DNA of 64,000 bases from Lama glama. Its lineage: Eukaryota. The stretch spans positions 82,152,001-82,216,000 of the forward strand of contig CM052817.1 in assembly GCA_028534125.1 (NCBI GenBank), in the 5' to 3' direction. This document shows, in pieces, positions 48,976 to 62,912 of the stretch. Under the pieces are notes generated by a model, which worked only from the letters and a program-made list of their open reading frames with translations, searched no databases and was not told where the DNA came from. Both the position numbers and the translations under genes were made by a program. Numbering within the stretch: position 1 is the first letter of the stretch; each line of letters begins with the position of its first letter.

Positions 48976-49934
48976 TAATTTTAGGGTTATAAAAATTTGT
49001 GAGAAATTATATTGTATTCTGTTTACAGTCTTAACTTGCAAAGCAAAAAATAATAAAATAAAGCCTGAGCTCAACCTTAAAAATAATGATATGAAATCAA
49101 TAGGGCTTTTTTCTTAACACCAAAGAAAACATTTTTACAAAGTGGACATAATTTATGGGAGGGGACTACTGATCCAATTAAGATGCCCAAAGAATAATTA
49201 AATATAGAAAGATGTAATTCCACGCATAGATTTATTTCTTCAGTGTGACTGCTGCTTCTCATTCTCATAAATTTTTATTTTTGCTACTGTTTTTATACAC
49301 TGGAATGTACTTTGTGGCACTTAAATTACATATATTTCTTTGGAAAAGAATATTATGAAAGGCCCATAACATTTATGTTTATTGACCTCAGTAAAAATCT
49401 AGGCTATAATTGCACAATAGAAAATCCATCTGTTTCACTAGTGTGTAATAGATTTTGACTTCCAGACAGGGTAACTGAGTTATGTTGGGTATTGATATAT
49501 GTTAGTACTCACTTGTTCCTTCTCCATTTTTATTAGGTAATCCTTTCAAAACAGTCTCCCCAGAGTGAGTTGCAGGCATTCTGTAAAAACAGGATCTACT
49601 CACTTAGTTGTGGACTACCACATTTCTCTTTTAGTAAGACAATGGAAAATCTGTTACTCATTAGACAGCAATATATTTTTTATTAAATCATGTAAGTTGA
49701 CTCTAAAATTTTGTATTGGGTCTAATTATTTGGTTTAAGGGCTTGTATTGATTAAAATATTAAAGTATCAAATTGTTACTTTAACATTTTTGTTCATAAT
49801 GAAATTTTTGACTAATTTTCACCCTTCTATGGAAGAGAACATTTCATGTTTTAAGATACAGTAATTGTTTTACATAATCATTACTGGTGACTATTAATGT
49901 GATCTAAGCTTAGCACACAGTTTTCAGAGATTAT

Positions 49935-50180
49935 AGTGTTAATCATTTACGAAGAAGGTGAAGATCCTGGAGAAGATCCTGATGAGTAAAATGGCCAGAT
50001 CATGAAAAGATATGATGACTATCTACCAAAGGACAGTCAGATAATCTGTTTCCAAAGTTCACTGAGCCAAAACAGAGCCAAGTGAGATCAACCTCTCCGT
50101 AGGATATGAAAGCCAGAGATAGAACAACAGGGAAGTGTTGCCAGTAACTACAGACGTTGGGAGAAGGCCCACATCAAACT
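49935..50180 (+). mobile_element. Ancient RTE-clade LINE (L4/MamRTE1-like) ORF2 C-terminal fossil
   Basis: Peptides HLRRR*RSW, *NGQIMKRYDDYLPK, DQPLRR, SVASNYRRWEKA are colinear with RTE motifs LR.RRLRW.GHV.RM.DDRLPK...GRP..R...LA.DR..WR..V. Confidence 0.5.
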
Positions 50181-51639
50181 GCGTCCTCCCAGCATGCAGT
50201 ACAGGTCACTTGCCAGTAGACTGCTGATTATAAATGGACTCAATTATTCTAGACCAAACTAGTAGAAGTGTTTTCTGCTTACAGTGCACATGGACACGGA
50301 TGGAAACAAACCCATATCAAATGTACATGCTGGCAACTAAAACACTTAAGGTAATTGGGAATGTCTTCCTATACATTAATGATAATGTGAGGTTATAATG
50401 GCACCCTTCATTTACAGGCTACAAAATGAAGGCAAGTGTTCTCTCCTTGGTATTTTTATAAAATCTAGAAACACTAAGTGATGATTGTTCCAAATATGAC
50501 ATATCAGATGAAGTACTGTCAGTATACAGTGAGTCAGCTGTAGCACAGCTGGTGTTATTAATTCTACCATATTGAGAGTCTCAGCCCTGAATTGTTCGTA
50601 AAGTCCTCTACTATTGTCTTTGCCTATAATCATCTCCTAATTTTACATTTTCCCATTTCTATCTTCAAGAGAAGTACAACTTTTCTTGACCCTCTATGTT
50701 TTTGTTTCTCAAGTTTAGTCTTTTATTCTTTCTTTGAAATGCTTAATTAATGGTGGAGACAATAACTCAGGATGACCTGGAAAGTAGCTGACCTTTACTT
50801 ATGTGACAGTCATATAACTGGGAACTTGATCTAGAAATATGACAACACATCACTCCACCAATTCATCACTAAAACTATTATTCTGAAAACTCTTGTAGAA
50901 TAAGAAAAAAGAAAAAGGAAGCAAAGAAGAGTCTTAACAAGTCAGATTCCAGTTCCAGAACCACTAGAGAAGCTTGCATTGAAAGGATTAGAATTTAGAA
51001 ATGAGATTAGCCCTTTGAAAAGACTCAGGCTAAGACAGTAATCTGGAAAGCACAGTGGTAATAATTCAAACAAAAGTGAAACTTGGGGAGATCTAGCAAG
51101 AAGTTACAATGAGTTCATGGACACTAGGTACTCAAGAAAGAGACTCAATTATCAGAACTGGTGGGTGAAATAAAAGTGTGGTTTCAAAAATAATTTTGAA
51201 GTGCACTTTATAGATTTAAACTTAATGTAGGAAAAAATACCAACTCAGTTGTTTAGACTGGTTTACTTAAGCTCTTAAGTTGGATATTTTAACATTGTCC
51301 CTGGGATAAGCTTCTCCCTGCGGTAGGATTAATTCTGATAACATGAGTGAAACAGAGCCTATGTACACTCAGAAAAATGGAAGAGAGCTATAGAGACAAG
51401 GAAATATGTTGGTTATTACTGAGTTAATATATCATTGCAAGATGTTTCTGAGTTTCTGAGAAGTGAAGGAATAGATTTTGCTCTTCTGATAATAAAATAA
51501 ATCCATGGAATCAATTTCTATTTTAAGATTTATTCTGTCTATATTCCATCTGGATTACGTAAATTTCCAGTTTCTACTTCGAAAAATAATGCCATCTCTT
51601 CTTTTTTCAAAATTCTTCTAGTGTATCTGTTGGGTGCCT

Positions 51640-52460
51640 AAATCACTCTTTTTTAGACACAGTCTTAAAAGTATGGTCTATAGTTTGAACTTTACCTCCT
51701 CAACAACTTTTGAAATATAATTTATTAACTCTAGTAAAATCACTCATTGATTTTATCGTCACCTAAATCCAATGGATACTTTCTTATCTCTCATTTATTT
51801 AATCCCTCTGTAACATAATATTGAGCTCTCCTACTTCTTAACATACATGTTTCTGATGGCATCAGGTAGCCATTTCTCTTCCTAGCTTTCCCCTATCTCC
51901 AGTCTCTCTCATCAGTCCTTCTCACCCTTCTTTCCTAAATCTGTTCTTTGAATGTTCTTATTCCCTACAGTTTAATCTTGGATCCTATTCTTCTTTATGT
52001 TTTACATGTTTTTCTCTTGATGTTATCATTTACTTGGTAGTTTAATAAATAATTTGTTCACCAATAACCTTTTCTATCATTCTTATCACCTAATTTTCTA
52101 TCACTGATTTCTCTGAGTTTATTTATGATTGAGTTCCTAATTGCCAATTTCTATCTTTAGTAGGATATTAGGCAGGAAACATAATAACACAGGTCCTACA
52201 TCTAATTCATTTTCTTCTCTGGAAAAGTTGCTCCTTTTCCTCTTTTCTTATATCTCCCATATTACTTAATGGCATCACTATTTGTTCAGTTCCATGGCAA
52301 CTACCTCTAATTCCTTTCTCTTTCTGATGCTTCACGTGCAATAAGTTAATAGTTTTGTTCGTTTTGGTTACTCCTGTCATAGTCTAGGTTTTCATCATTT
52401 CATAGATCTTTTCTGTTGTCCTTGACACAAATGCCCTCCTACATCAGATGCTTTGTTTCT
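51640..52460 (+). mobile_element. L2 LINE (old)
   Basis: ctctagtaaaatcactcattgat...aaatccaatggatactttc...tttgaatgttcttattccctacag...cttaatggcatcactatt. Confidence 0.65.
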
Positions 52461-53124
52461 AGAAAATTTTAAGTTCCTCTGACCAATAACATAACCTGTC
52501 TGTCACAGGAATTGCAGTCTAATTAAACCCATTTTTATTTTAAGAGCTAAATTGAAATGACTGTAATCCTCCATCTAACATTCAAGAAATTAACCATTGC
52601 CCCAGGTCTACCTTCCCTCATTCTACCCCCATTATATTTGGAAAAATTCAGAATGAAGTATCTCATATGGATCCAGAAATAAGTCTGGCTTGGTCTTCCC
52701 TTTGTTGCCCAAGCACATAAGCTCTTCAAAATAATAACTGCTTTTCATAACTTAATATTGTTTCTCTGTGCACATACATTTGTCACTGGAGGGGTGATAG
52801 AAAAATTCTAGTTTCAACCTGGAAATGTGTAAATATCTTTCTTCTCCAGCTTACTGAGATGCTTTGGTATCTTGGTGTTGAAGTGGCATTGCTTGTGTCT
52901 TGATTCTTACAAAATTCTGAACATCAATTCATTTTTTTTATCAATAAATAACCAAGCAACATGAAAATATTCTCTTACACATACTCCACTGAAACAAGTG
53001 TGGCTAAATTTTATTCCTTAAATTTCTTTATGATTTTCTCTGTTTTGTTTTGTTTTTGTTTTGTTTTACCTTCTTCCTGTTTAACAAGATAGCAGGACTT
53101 GCATTTCCTTTCTGCACATTATGT

Positions 53125-53730
53125 TTGTGGGGTAATAGCTTGTTCTTATTTTAAATCTAAAGCCTACTGATGAGATTAAGTGAAGTGCTCCTAAAAGAAA
53201 TACCAAGAGAAAAGGATGTGTGGGAAATATTTGGAGAAACTCAGTAGCTGAGAGGGTGAAGAGTAAGGCTTTCCTCTAGATAGAAAAAAAGAAAAAAGAA
53301 CCTCCTTAGGCTACAGAGAAACAATGAGAAAGGTGCTTGTGGTTCTGCAGAAAAGGAGACCCTTAGTCCAGCCTCTTGGCAGCATGGCAGGGAGTTAGGG
53401 ATATGCTGAAGGAAATAACTGTGTAGTATTTTTGGACCCTGTGAAGCATTGCCTTGCTCTAATAATGAGTAGAATTCAAAGCAGTGGAAATTGAAGGATT
53501 AAGCACCCAGAGATGATGAGTATCTCAGTGCAAAACTTTGACCCACTGAAACTAAAGACCCCGATACAACCTGCTGATACCTTGAAGCAGGAGCATGAGA
53601 CCAGCCAGACACCCAGGAAGAATGGAGGATATGCTTTCTGTCAGCAATAGATGGGGATTAAACCCACACTTTCTACCAAAATTGAATCCTCATCCAGCCA
53701 AGTTAAAACTAAAGATAACTGAGTGTCTTA
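53125..53730. mobile_element. Possible ancient LTR (MamGypLTR/LTR78-like, unresolved)
   Basis: Purine-rich, GC-richer block beginning tgtggggtaa; family not confidently recognised. Confidence 0.25.
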
Positions 53731-53842
53731 TCAAGAGTCACTTATCAAGTGAGGACCTATCAGGTAGACTTATCAAGGAGGAAATACCACCCTTTCTGTT
53801 ATTCTATGTCTGGCTGCCCTGAGATGTGTGGAATGTGATTTA

Positions 53843-54099
53843 TTAGCATAGCATAATAGTCAAGAGCTTGGGCTCCAGAGACAATGAATTATCATAACCA
53901 GTGATTCCAAAACTTCCCAGCGCTGGACCTTGAAAAATTATGTAACCTATCTCTGCCTCAGTTTCTTGATCTGGTATTAAAAAATGATAATAATGTTACC
54001 TTTTTCATACAGTTGCTATGAAAATTAAATGAGATCATGCATATAAAGACTCAGAAGAGCACATGGCACAGAGTGAACACTCAATACAGTATTATTACT
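53843..54099 (+). mobile_element. Near full-length MIR SINE
   Basis: agcatagcataatagtcaagagcttgggctccagag...aacctatctctgcctcagtttctt...aattaaatgagatcatgcatataaag...tggcacagagtgaacactcaata. Confidence 0.9.
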
Positions 54100-54423
54100 C
54101 CTGCAACGCCACCCCAGGTGAACAAGTTGAATAATTTACACTGTGAACAGTCTCAACTTTCCCATAACTTTCCAATCCAGATAATAACCCACTTAGTTCA
54201 GGGGCTTAGATTCCACTTTCAATTTAAGGCTTAGGGATGGGAACAAAAAGCATTCATTTTTTTGTTTTAAGAAAACATGAATTTTACAGGGATATGAGTT
54301 GTCAAAATAATATTTTGAGGTTTTAATTCATGCACTGCCTCCTCACCAAGCAGGTTTCTCCTTATCTCTTTTCCCCATTCAAATAGATAGCAGGCACACT
54401 AACTACTTCCTTGCTCAAAAGAT

Positions 54424-55160
54424 AGTGTAAGAAGGGTTGTAAAATTCCAAAAATCAATGGTCTGAGTAGTAAATCACTATAGATACTCCTGAGAGAAGTC
54501 ACAAAGAAAATTATCTAAAGCTATAGTTTGCTAGAGAAATTGGGCTTTGAGTGGAGTTACCCAATTCCAAAGGGAAGGAAGTTTACCCAAGATGGGGAGT
54601 ATACAAGACAGAAAGATCTCAGGAGTCAAAAAAGTCCAAGCTGGGTTCTAATCAACTAGCTAAGGAGTTTGCAAGACCCCCTAGAGGGAAATGGTTTCAT
54701 GGTGCAGCTACACAAAACATGTCCATCCTAGAATGTAACAGTCAACTCATCGGTGAGTTAACAATACCCTGGAAGAGAATGGTTTCACGATATGGCTATA
54801 CAGAAGGGACTACACAGTAAAGTTTTCAGGCCCCAGAGGTGACCCAAAAGCATCCAGCAGTCACCATCCTGAAGAAGTCCTGAGGACAAGGCTAACAAGC
54901 ATCTCTAAAAACTTCTAAAAACAAATGGCCAAAGACTAGGGACTCTGTCCTATCTGCATCTCCTTCCATGTACAGATGTCCCTCCTCCCTCCCTGGAAAT
55001 TAACAATGAAGTGGACGCCAGAAGTAAAGCACAGTGTTGTGGGAGGGAGTTCATCAAGAAGACTGAAGTTTAGCTTTCTGACATCCCAGAGCGAGGAGTG
55101 TGAAATGAATTTGATTTACACAAAAGGGAAGTTTTGGCCTGAGGTTCATACTTCTTAAGA
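54424..55160 (+). mobile_element. Possible ancient Gypsy/ERV-type LTR (unresolved)
   Basis: About 730-bp block from tgtaaga with gactgaagtttagc...gaatttgattt near the end, resembling MamGypLTR/LTR85-type ends. Confidence 0.3.
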
Positions 55161-55619
55161 AAACAACAGGTGAACCTTAATCCATACTTACAAAAACATA
55201 TCTCAGAGAATAATCTCTCTCTTCCACACAAAGAGACCACACCTCACATTTTCTAGTAAAATGTTCCTTTGATCTACAGTCTAAACACCTGCATTTTCAG
55301 TTTGTGGTTTTTGCTTCTCATCTGAAGATAATGCATTCAGGCCAGCTAATGGTCTGATTAATTGATTTTACCACAAAGGAAGAATTTCTTCTAAGGGTGG
55401 GGACAAATCTCCTCTTTCATCAAATAAAACTAAACCAAAACTTCCTCATAGCTTCAAAAAGAAGTATTTTGACTTCTACTTTTCCCACTAAATTTTCAGA
55501 TATGGGTCAAAATTCCATGAAAGTCAAGCTCCAAAAGTAGGTTTTCTTAAGTGTGAGGCTTATGAATGGAAGCCTGGTCCCAAAATGACGGCAACGAGAC
55601 GCCTTTTTGCCCCTTTCAC

Positions 55620-56138
55620 AGCTCTTTTGCTCTGAGATCTCAGATACACTAGGAGTCTGTACTAAGTCATTCATAAAAGTGCTCCCTTCAACTTTTCCTT
55701 GCCAGTGTCACCTCCGTAAGCATCCTCTTTACATCTTAGCCATGTTAAACATATTCAAACATATCCTTCAAAGTCCTTTCTCCTTTACCTACAGTCTCCT
55801 ACTGCTGTGCCTCCTGCTGTTTTCCCCCTTCCCACATTCTCCACCATTGTTCTCTATCAGTAGGACCTCTCCTCATCCTCAAAGAACCCACTCAAGATTT
55901 TCGTTACTTCCTCAGGCAAAAAGTGTTGCCTTGTCTTCTGGACTTCCATAAAACTTTCCAGTGTCTGCATTATAACACTTACTGCAATGACTAAAATTAT
56001 TTATGTGTCTGTCTCTCTCAATAAACTACACACTTCTTAAGAAAAGGGACAGGGTTTATTTTTCTTTAAATCTTCAAAGCTTGCACAGTGCTTCGCATAG
56101 TTGGGAGTTCAATGTTGATGAATGAATGGCTGCATGAA
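55620..56138 (+). mobile_element. L2 3' end (L2c-like)
   Basis: attatttatgtgtctgtctctctc..taaact...gggacagggtttatt...cacagtgcttcgcatagttggg...tcaatgttgatgaatgaatg. Confidence 0.8.
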
Positions 56139-58547
56139 CTAGTAGAAACTTAAGAATCCACTGCCCAATTATTATTCTGAAACACTTGCATTAGCTCAAG
56201 ACTTTGCATATTTTAAAGCTCCACGAAAAAGGTGTCAGAGATACATTCATGATGCTCTATTAAAAGAAAGAATATACACTTTTTGTACTTTCAGTGAAAC
56301 ACCTTTTACAAAAGGTACTACGTATTTTATTGCATAGGGGTACATAAATGTTGTGCTGCCCACCTTTTGACTAAAACATAATATAAAAATGCGGCATTGA
56401 TAATTGTATAGGTGTCTACAAGGAAAGATTACCCCAAGTGACACTGGAACTTCTCTGTTGGTCTGTTAAGTAATCTGACATTTTTAGTGTGAGAAAAAAG
56501 TGTTAGGAGAGGTGTGCCACATCAGGAAACTGCCTGCAGAACTGGCTTCATTCCTATTATCGAAAAATCTAGTGGTTCGGAGCAGTCATATTACAGTATT
56601 TAAGTAGCTTCCCCTCTATACTTACCTTGAAGATGTAGTTTACAGTTACCCCTCCTTCCCTAAAAAACTCCTTTTTCCCTAAATAGGAAAGAGAAAGGAA
56701 GAGAATATTTTTATGCTCTTTTTTTTTAAGTTACTGATGTAATTTGGTTAACTCAAGTGACTAACAAAGGGTATGGCTTGTATAGTTTAGATTACATTAA
56801 AATTGCCAACATTAAAGGTAAAAAATATATATATGTGAAAAAGAAAAAAATGCAAAAAGTGAAGCTTAATTTCTATCCCTAAAAGCTAGAAAGAGAAATA
56901 TACTAAAAGCAAAAAGAGCATGCTGATTTAAGACAATGGAAAAAGAAAAAGGAATATTCTCCACATAAGTGGACAGATGCTCTAAACAGTCAGCTTTGGT
57001 TTCTGGATATTAGGAAAAAATGTTTTATAAGGCTTGGACTTCCTAGGTCTAATGAAGGATGACTTAGAAGGAGAAGCCAACCCCAGTCATCTTCCAACTT
57101 CACACTTCAAGAGCTGCCAATGTTTATGGTTAATGAGGTGGACTTGGAGCCATGCCCTTAATTACCTTGACCCTGTGAAATCCTGTTTCTTAAACGTTTT
57201 AAACTCATGACCCTCTGAAGCTTTCTTGTTCTGTGTATTTACAATAGCTAAGAAGACCCTCTCTTGTTTTTCTTTATGTACATTGAATTATACATATAAA
57301 AAAAAACCTATGCGTCATAGATGCTTTTTCAATATATTTGGACTATTGGTGATTTTGACATGAGTCTTTCGTGTGGATTTTGCACTATGTGTCACCTCTT
57401 AAAAGTGGGCTTAAAATATGAGAGCTGTATGTACAACTTGTAAGTTAGGGTAGTCTACATGAGCTGGCATGTTATTCGAGGTTCTTCATGAGTGTTATTG
57501 AAGGAATTCAGTAACATCAGACATACAGAAGACAGAAGGAAAGGCTTTAAACTTATCTTCATATTTAGTTTTGTCTATCACTTGTACATTCATTATATGT
57601 ACATATATTTTCACATAATTTCACTGAAATTTTTAATAAGCACACATTATTTTAGTTGGTATGTGGTGGAGGAGAGGGCCTCTACTGTGGAACAGGATCA
57701 TAATTTTAATTTTGCAGTTTAAGAAATGTGTGGGGTTTTTCCACCTAGAATGTGGTATTATCAAAAATAGGATTGAGTGTGGTACAAATCAGTTACTCTA
57801 CTACTATTAGGAAAGTATATGAAATTGAAGACAAGAAAATTTAATATGTATACTTGGAAACAGCAGAGAATAAACATTTTTATCTTTATGATTCTCTAGA
57901 TTTTAGCTTATATACCACTACAAGATGTACTGGGATATATGACTCTCACTTAAAAGTATAACTAATTTAAGTGACACACACCCAATGAGGGGTCTGGTCA
58001 CAAATTTTAAAATTGAATTACATTTACTGAATGCTTCACAAACTTTCTGAACAGGACTGGGCCAATTTTGAGAAAACCTGTGCTGATTGATTATTTGAAG
58101 TTGAAGCCATGTAAATTCATGGTTTCAAATGGATTCAACTAGAAAGGAGACATAGCCCATCAATTCTGCAAATGTTTATAGTTTTACTAACATGAGAGTA
58201 ATAGCCATGAATTCACATAATTCTTAAGTGAAACAGAAAAAAAAAGAAAAAAATTAATCCCAACTTATATCAAATTTTGGACATCTATAAGATAGGAAAT
58301 TTGATTTTAACTTGTTTCTACATTGGCATTAAATAGGATCATCTAATCTAATTCTGTAGGTGTTTGAAGACACACATTCTGAAAGTATATATGTTGCTAC
58401 TATTCAATACATGCTAGATTCAGGCAATTCCTAGATGTATGCACTTTAAATAGTATCAAAACACTTACTGTATCATTTTGCCTTGTATTGAGGACTTGGC
58501 CTGACACATCTCAGGAATCAGGAAACACATTTTGATTTTTCTTGGGA

Positions 58548-58726
58548 CAAGATTTCAAATTGTGTAAGAAGTATCTTGGCAATTATTAAAATACAGATTT
58601 CTTCACTATACCCTCACTGATTCTCATTCAGTATTTCTGGGGTAACAGAGAGCAATTTGCATTTTTGACAACTAACCCTAAACATTCTGATGGAGGTGAT
58701 ATGTTTAATATAATTGGAGCAACTCT
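58548..58726 (+). mobile_element. MER5B-like hAT-Charlie MITE
   Basis: ttattaaaatacagatt...gattctcattcagtatttctgggg...tttgcatttttgacaa...attctgatggaggtg...gagcaactctg. Confidence 0.7.
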
Positions 58727-60144
58727 GTCACAGCTAATGTAAGAACCACATACAGTCCACTGTGCATGGTACTGAGGGTAGGGCAATAATGAAATGGTTA
58801 CTTTATAAAAACTCAAATAGCTAGCAAACAGATATTGCCAAATTTCTGCTTTTAAAAAACAATTCTGTCTTCCTGTGGAAAAACTATTTGCAGGACTGAC
58901 AATAAGATTGAAAAATTACAGTTTTATGATAGCCTTAGTCTATGCTTCAGAATATTATATAGTAGAGGTAAATCTGTCTCGATGTTTCTGAATACTTTTC
59001 TTTTTTTCAAATCACTCACCCTGCTCTTTCATACAACTAGCCCTAAGTGTATAATTGCCTCTGTGATCTATTCAGCTCTTCAAGGGGTAATACTTCAAGC
59101 ATTTAAGAACGAATAAGGCCAGAGCAACTGTCAATCATATAGACTCTAGACCCAGGCAGAATGAATGGAATGTATTAAACTTTGGTCAGGGAACAACAGG
59201 CCTGTCCTGGTGTCTGCCAGCTGAAGATCGGCCCACTGGCATCCCAGCCACGCCAGCCCACCTGCGCTTGAGAGGCTTTTGGGTTACTCTTGTTCTTGTT
59301 CAGTTTCTCATGAATCTAGATTTTTGTTTCTTTGTCAAAAAGAATTTCACTTACGAATTATACTATTTCCATAATACATTTGCATTTTGATAGATATATT
59401 CTTAGGATAAACAAAATAACTTAAGAAAGATGCTCTATTTGTCAAAATTTTTAGTACTGTGGCCTGCTAATTAGAAGGTAAGTTAGTATAAATGATATTG
59501 TTAGGTTTTTGTCTAGGAATTATTCATTTACTGAAAAAAAAATTATGCCCATTTAATGCCAGAAACTGTATAGGATATGTAAATATAACTATAAACAATT
59601 TTGTATAAATAAAATTTTTATAAACAAATCCTATCTTTACCCATTGACCTGAGTGTTACATGAGCAGGTATCATCACTTTGTGGGGTGGGGGGAAGGAAT
59701 GAAAGAAAAGTTTTATCCCAGTGTTGCACCAGCTGCTGTAGAGACAAAGGGAGTCAAGAAAATATTTTACTTCTAGAAGGAAGAAGTCTAAGGATGCTTG
59801 TACTCGAAATACAAGGTGTTCCCAGGTCTCCCCTTTGACTCTATCTTTAGCCTACATATTAACTACCCAATATTACAACATGGTAAGCTTTAAAGACCAA
59901 GTACCTCCTTCTGAACCACAATGCACCAACCCTTTTCCCCTAAAACATGCAGTAGAAAAGCCTGATAGTCTCAGAGGGTAGAAAATCTAGCCATGCAAAC
60001 AGAACATGACAGGATGTGAAACTCAACAGTTATTTGTAAAACATAAGCCATAGTCTTCTTGCTCTTTTAAATGACAAATATTTACTGTATTTTCTCAGGA
60101 TAAAAACAAAAATAATAGATGAACACCTCTTTTCATCCTAAGAG

Positions 60145-60288
60145 ATTTTAATGCTAGATGATGATATTGAGGATCAAAAACATAAGTGATTTGACTACAT
60201 CTATATAACAGATTAAGGGAAGGAATAGTGACTTGAGAAAAACTTGTTGAATCTATAATTCAAGTTCTTATTTAGCACTATGCTACCT
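60145..60288 (-). mobile_element. MIR fragment
   Basis: agatgatgatattgagg...taagtgatttg...ttcaagttctt...gcactatgctacct. Confidence 0.5.
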
Positions 60289-60442
60289 TTTTCAGATTAC
60301 ATTCCAAGTACACCCTCAAGATGTGCTCCTAAAATTACATTTACATGCATGCTATAAGATTTTTTATCTCCAGTTAAATGTTAAAATTCCCCTTTTTCTT
60401 TTAGAAATAAAAACTCTTTTTTCCTTTATCTTATAGATTAAT

Positions 60443-60667
60443 ATAGTAATAATCCCTGTTTACTGAGTGTGTACTACAAGCTAAGTATTGTGTTCAACTG
60501 TTTCAAACATACTTAATCTTTGCAACAGCACCGTCAAGTGTTATTATCTCAATCTAAAAGATGAAGAAAATATGGTATAGGGTGGTTAAGTAAGTTACAG
60601 AATTGGTGAATGGTAAAAGATCTGAACCACATTAGTCGACTCCAAATTCCATGTTCTCAAACATTAT
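60443..60667 (-). mobile_element. MIR SINE
   Basis: tttactgagtgtgtacta...ttaatctttgcaacagc...tattatctc...agatgaagaaaa...ggttaagtaa...gactccaaattccatgttctc. Confidence 0.75.
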
Positions 60668-62754
60668 TTTAAGAATTTGGAAAAATAAAAGTGGAAAGAT
60701 GTGTAAGGAAAAAAATGTGATGAGGTAGTCTGTAGACAAGAGAATAAAACCAGAAGTGTTAAAGTAAATCTTTTAAAATATATTTTCAAATAGCTCCCAA
60801 AGATCATAAACAGGATAGAAAAAAAATTCTGAAAAATAATATAACAATGTAAAAAACCTTAAGTTGCATAAGTAACTAAACTAAAAAGAAAAAACAAGGG
60901 AGGAAAACTGAAATATTGGAGTCTTTTAAAAGAGGTAATAAGAGTTTGGAGATTAAAGCACAGGATGGGACAAGAGGGGAACAAAAAGAGCAGAGAGTTT
61001 AATGGGAACACACACTTTCCACATGAAGGTAACAAAGATGCTGGAAAATGAGGAGAGTCTGGTGCAATCCAAGACACAAAGGAAGAAAAGAAAGAGAGAG
61101 AATATGTCAGTGGTTTCCTATTTCTTTTGGCAACAAGAAGCTTTAGAATTACATCTGTTTTTCCGTTTCCCTTTACTTCTAGTACTGTTGGATTTGAAAC
61201 TCCAAACCTCCAGTAAATTCCATCCTATGCTTTGGTAATCCTGCATAAAACACAGAAAAGTGGAGGTATGATTTTTTGAAAATAAAGTCATTCTATCCTG
61301 TTCTCCAAAATTGAGAAATTGTGTTGTTAGGATTTCATTGTTTGGAATAGTAAAATTCATCACCTTTTCTCATTCAAAGTAGGTGAAGGAGAAATGTCTC
61401 CATATAGGAGCCAAAGGCAACAACATCGACTTCAGTGCAAGAAACATTTAAGCTGAATTTGGTTATTTTCTATGTGTGTACATATTTGCACCTGGGAGTC
61501 TTAGGTGATAAAATTGGCAAGTAGAACTATGACTTCTAGAGAAAATCCTGGGGCCCTCCTTCTCAGCACAAAATGGGCACTGGGACAATAACACCTGCAT
61601 TTCAGTCTGTATATGAGTATCTTTGGGTCAGGAAATAGTATTTTTGGCCGTAGCCTTTTTCACCATTCTCTTAGATGGCTGTGAAAATTCTCTGTGCAGA
61701 GAATGTATTCTACTTCAGAAGTCAAATAAATTAGAAAGACCTTCTTTCATGAACTTCATTTATTTAATGTAACTGGTGCTACCTTTGCAACTTCAGACAA
61801 GTCACTTTCCATGGTCCCCTCTGTCTTCAATCTATCAATGTACTGTCTAAGGAAAGATAATTTATAAATTTGCTTAAGCTTGGTTATTATATTTACATAT
61901 AATAACATGACTGAAATGAATGGTCAAGGAATAGGCATTAAATTTATTTTTAATAACTTTACTGTTTAAAGGATGGATGGGCTTCAACCATTTAATAACT
62001 AGGTGTATGTCAGTTATGCATTCAACAGTTGATTAAATTCTTAACATGGCAACCAAAAGAGCGAGCGAATAAGGATGTGCTTGTATTTCTGCTGCTAAAT
62101 TCAGGATGCCTCCAATATTGGTTTCACACTTTGGAGAAGGACTTGGGGACCCAAGTGTTGCTCCCTTTTCTCTTCTTTCTTAGTGACTGCTGCCCCAGAG
62201 GATCAAGGGGCATGATGCTTACCACATTTAAATGTTTAATGGCACTCTGGAGTTTCCTTGCAATTTACACTTTAGAAAGCATAGCACTCTTGTAAATTTT
62301 AGAACTTACAAGTGTCCCTTTCCCCACAGGAGCCACTAATCTCACAGGAAGGGAAGGGGGGTGGAATCTCACACAGTTTAGAGATTTACAAGTCTGTGGT
62401 GAAGTCTGGGGTGTAAATTGCTGAAAAACCCAAGGGCATATTTAAATATTTAAAGTTAAGAGACACCTAGGTGTTCCTCCTGTTTGAAACTAATTAGATT
62501 GGGAGTTAGAAGGCGGAATAAGAAGATGCCTGGCCTTATCCCAAGATTTAAGCCTTCTGCCAAAAAGAAAGGGAGAGTTCGTTAAGCTATCCAAGTCATA
62601 TTTTGTATCAGGCATTTAAGTTAGAGACAGAAGATTCTCAGAGCAGGCAGAACTTCTAAATTACATGAATGATTAATAAGAACAAAAACCTTACCTCTAG
62701 AATTTGAAAATCTTCAATATTTAAGTGCTGTGATTGTGGCTTTCATAAATTATA

Positions 62755-62912
62755 GAAGTGGCTATATAAATTTATCATCTGTATTGAGACACTACTAAAA
62801 ATTAACAATTATGCTAGGACATCAAAATTATTATGACTAGTAATGATTACGACAGCATAAGAGGTAAAAACTGGGACTGCCCAGTGAAGACTGAGACATA
62901 AAAATGTTTCCT
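62755..62912 (+). mobile_element. MER94-like hAT-Blackjack MITE
   Basis: atataaatttatcatc...gagacac...aattatgctaggaca...aaaactgggactgcccagtgaagactgagacata resembles MER94. Confidence 0.5.
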
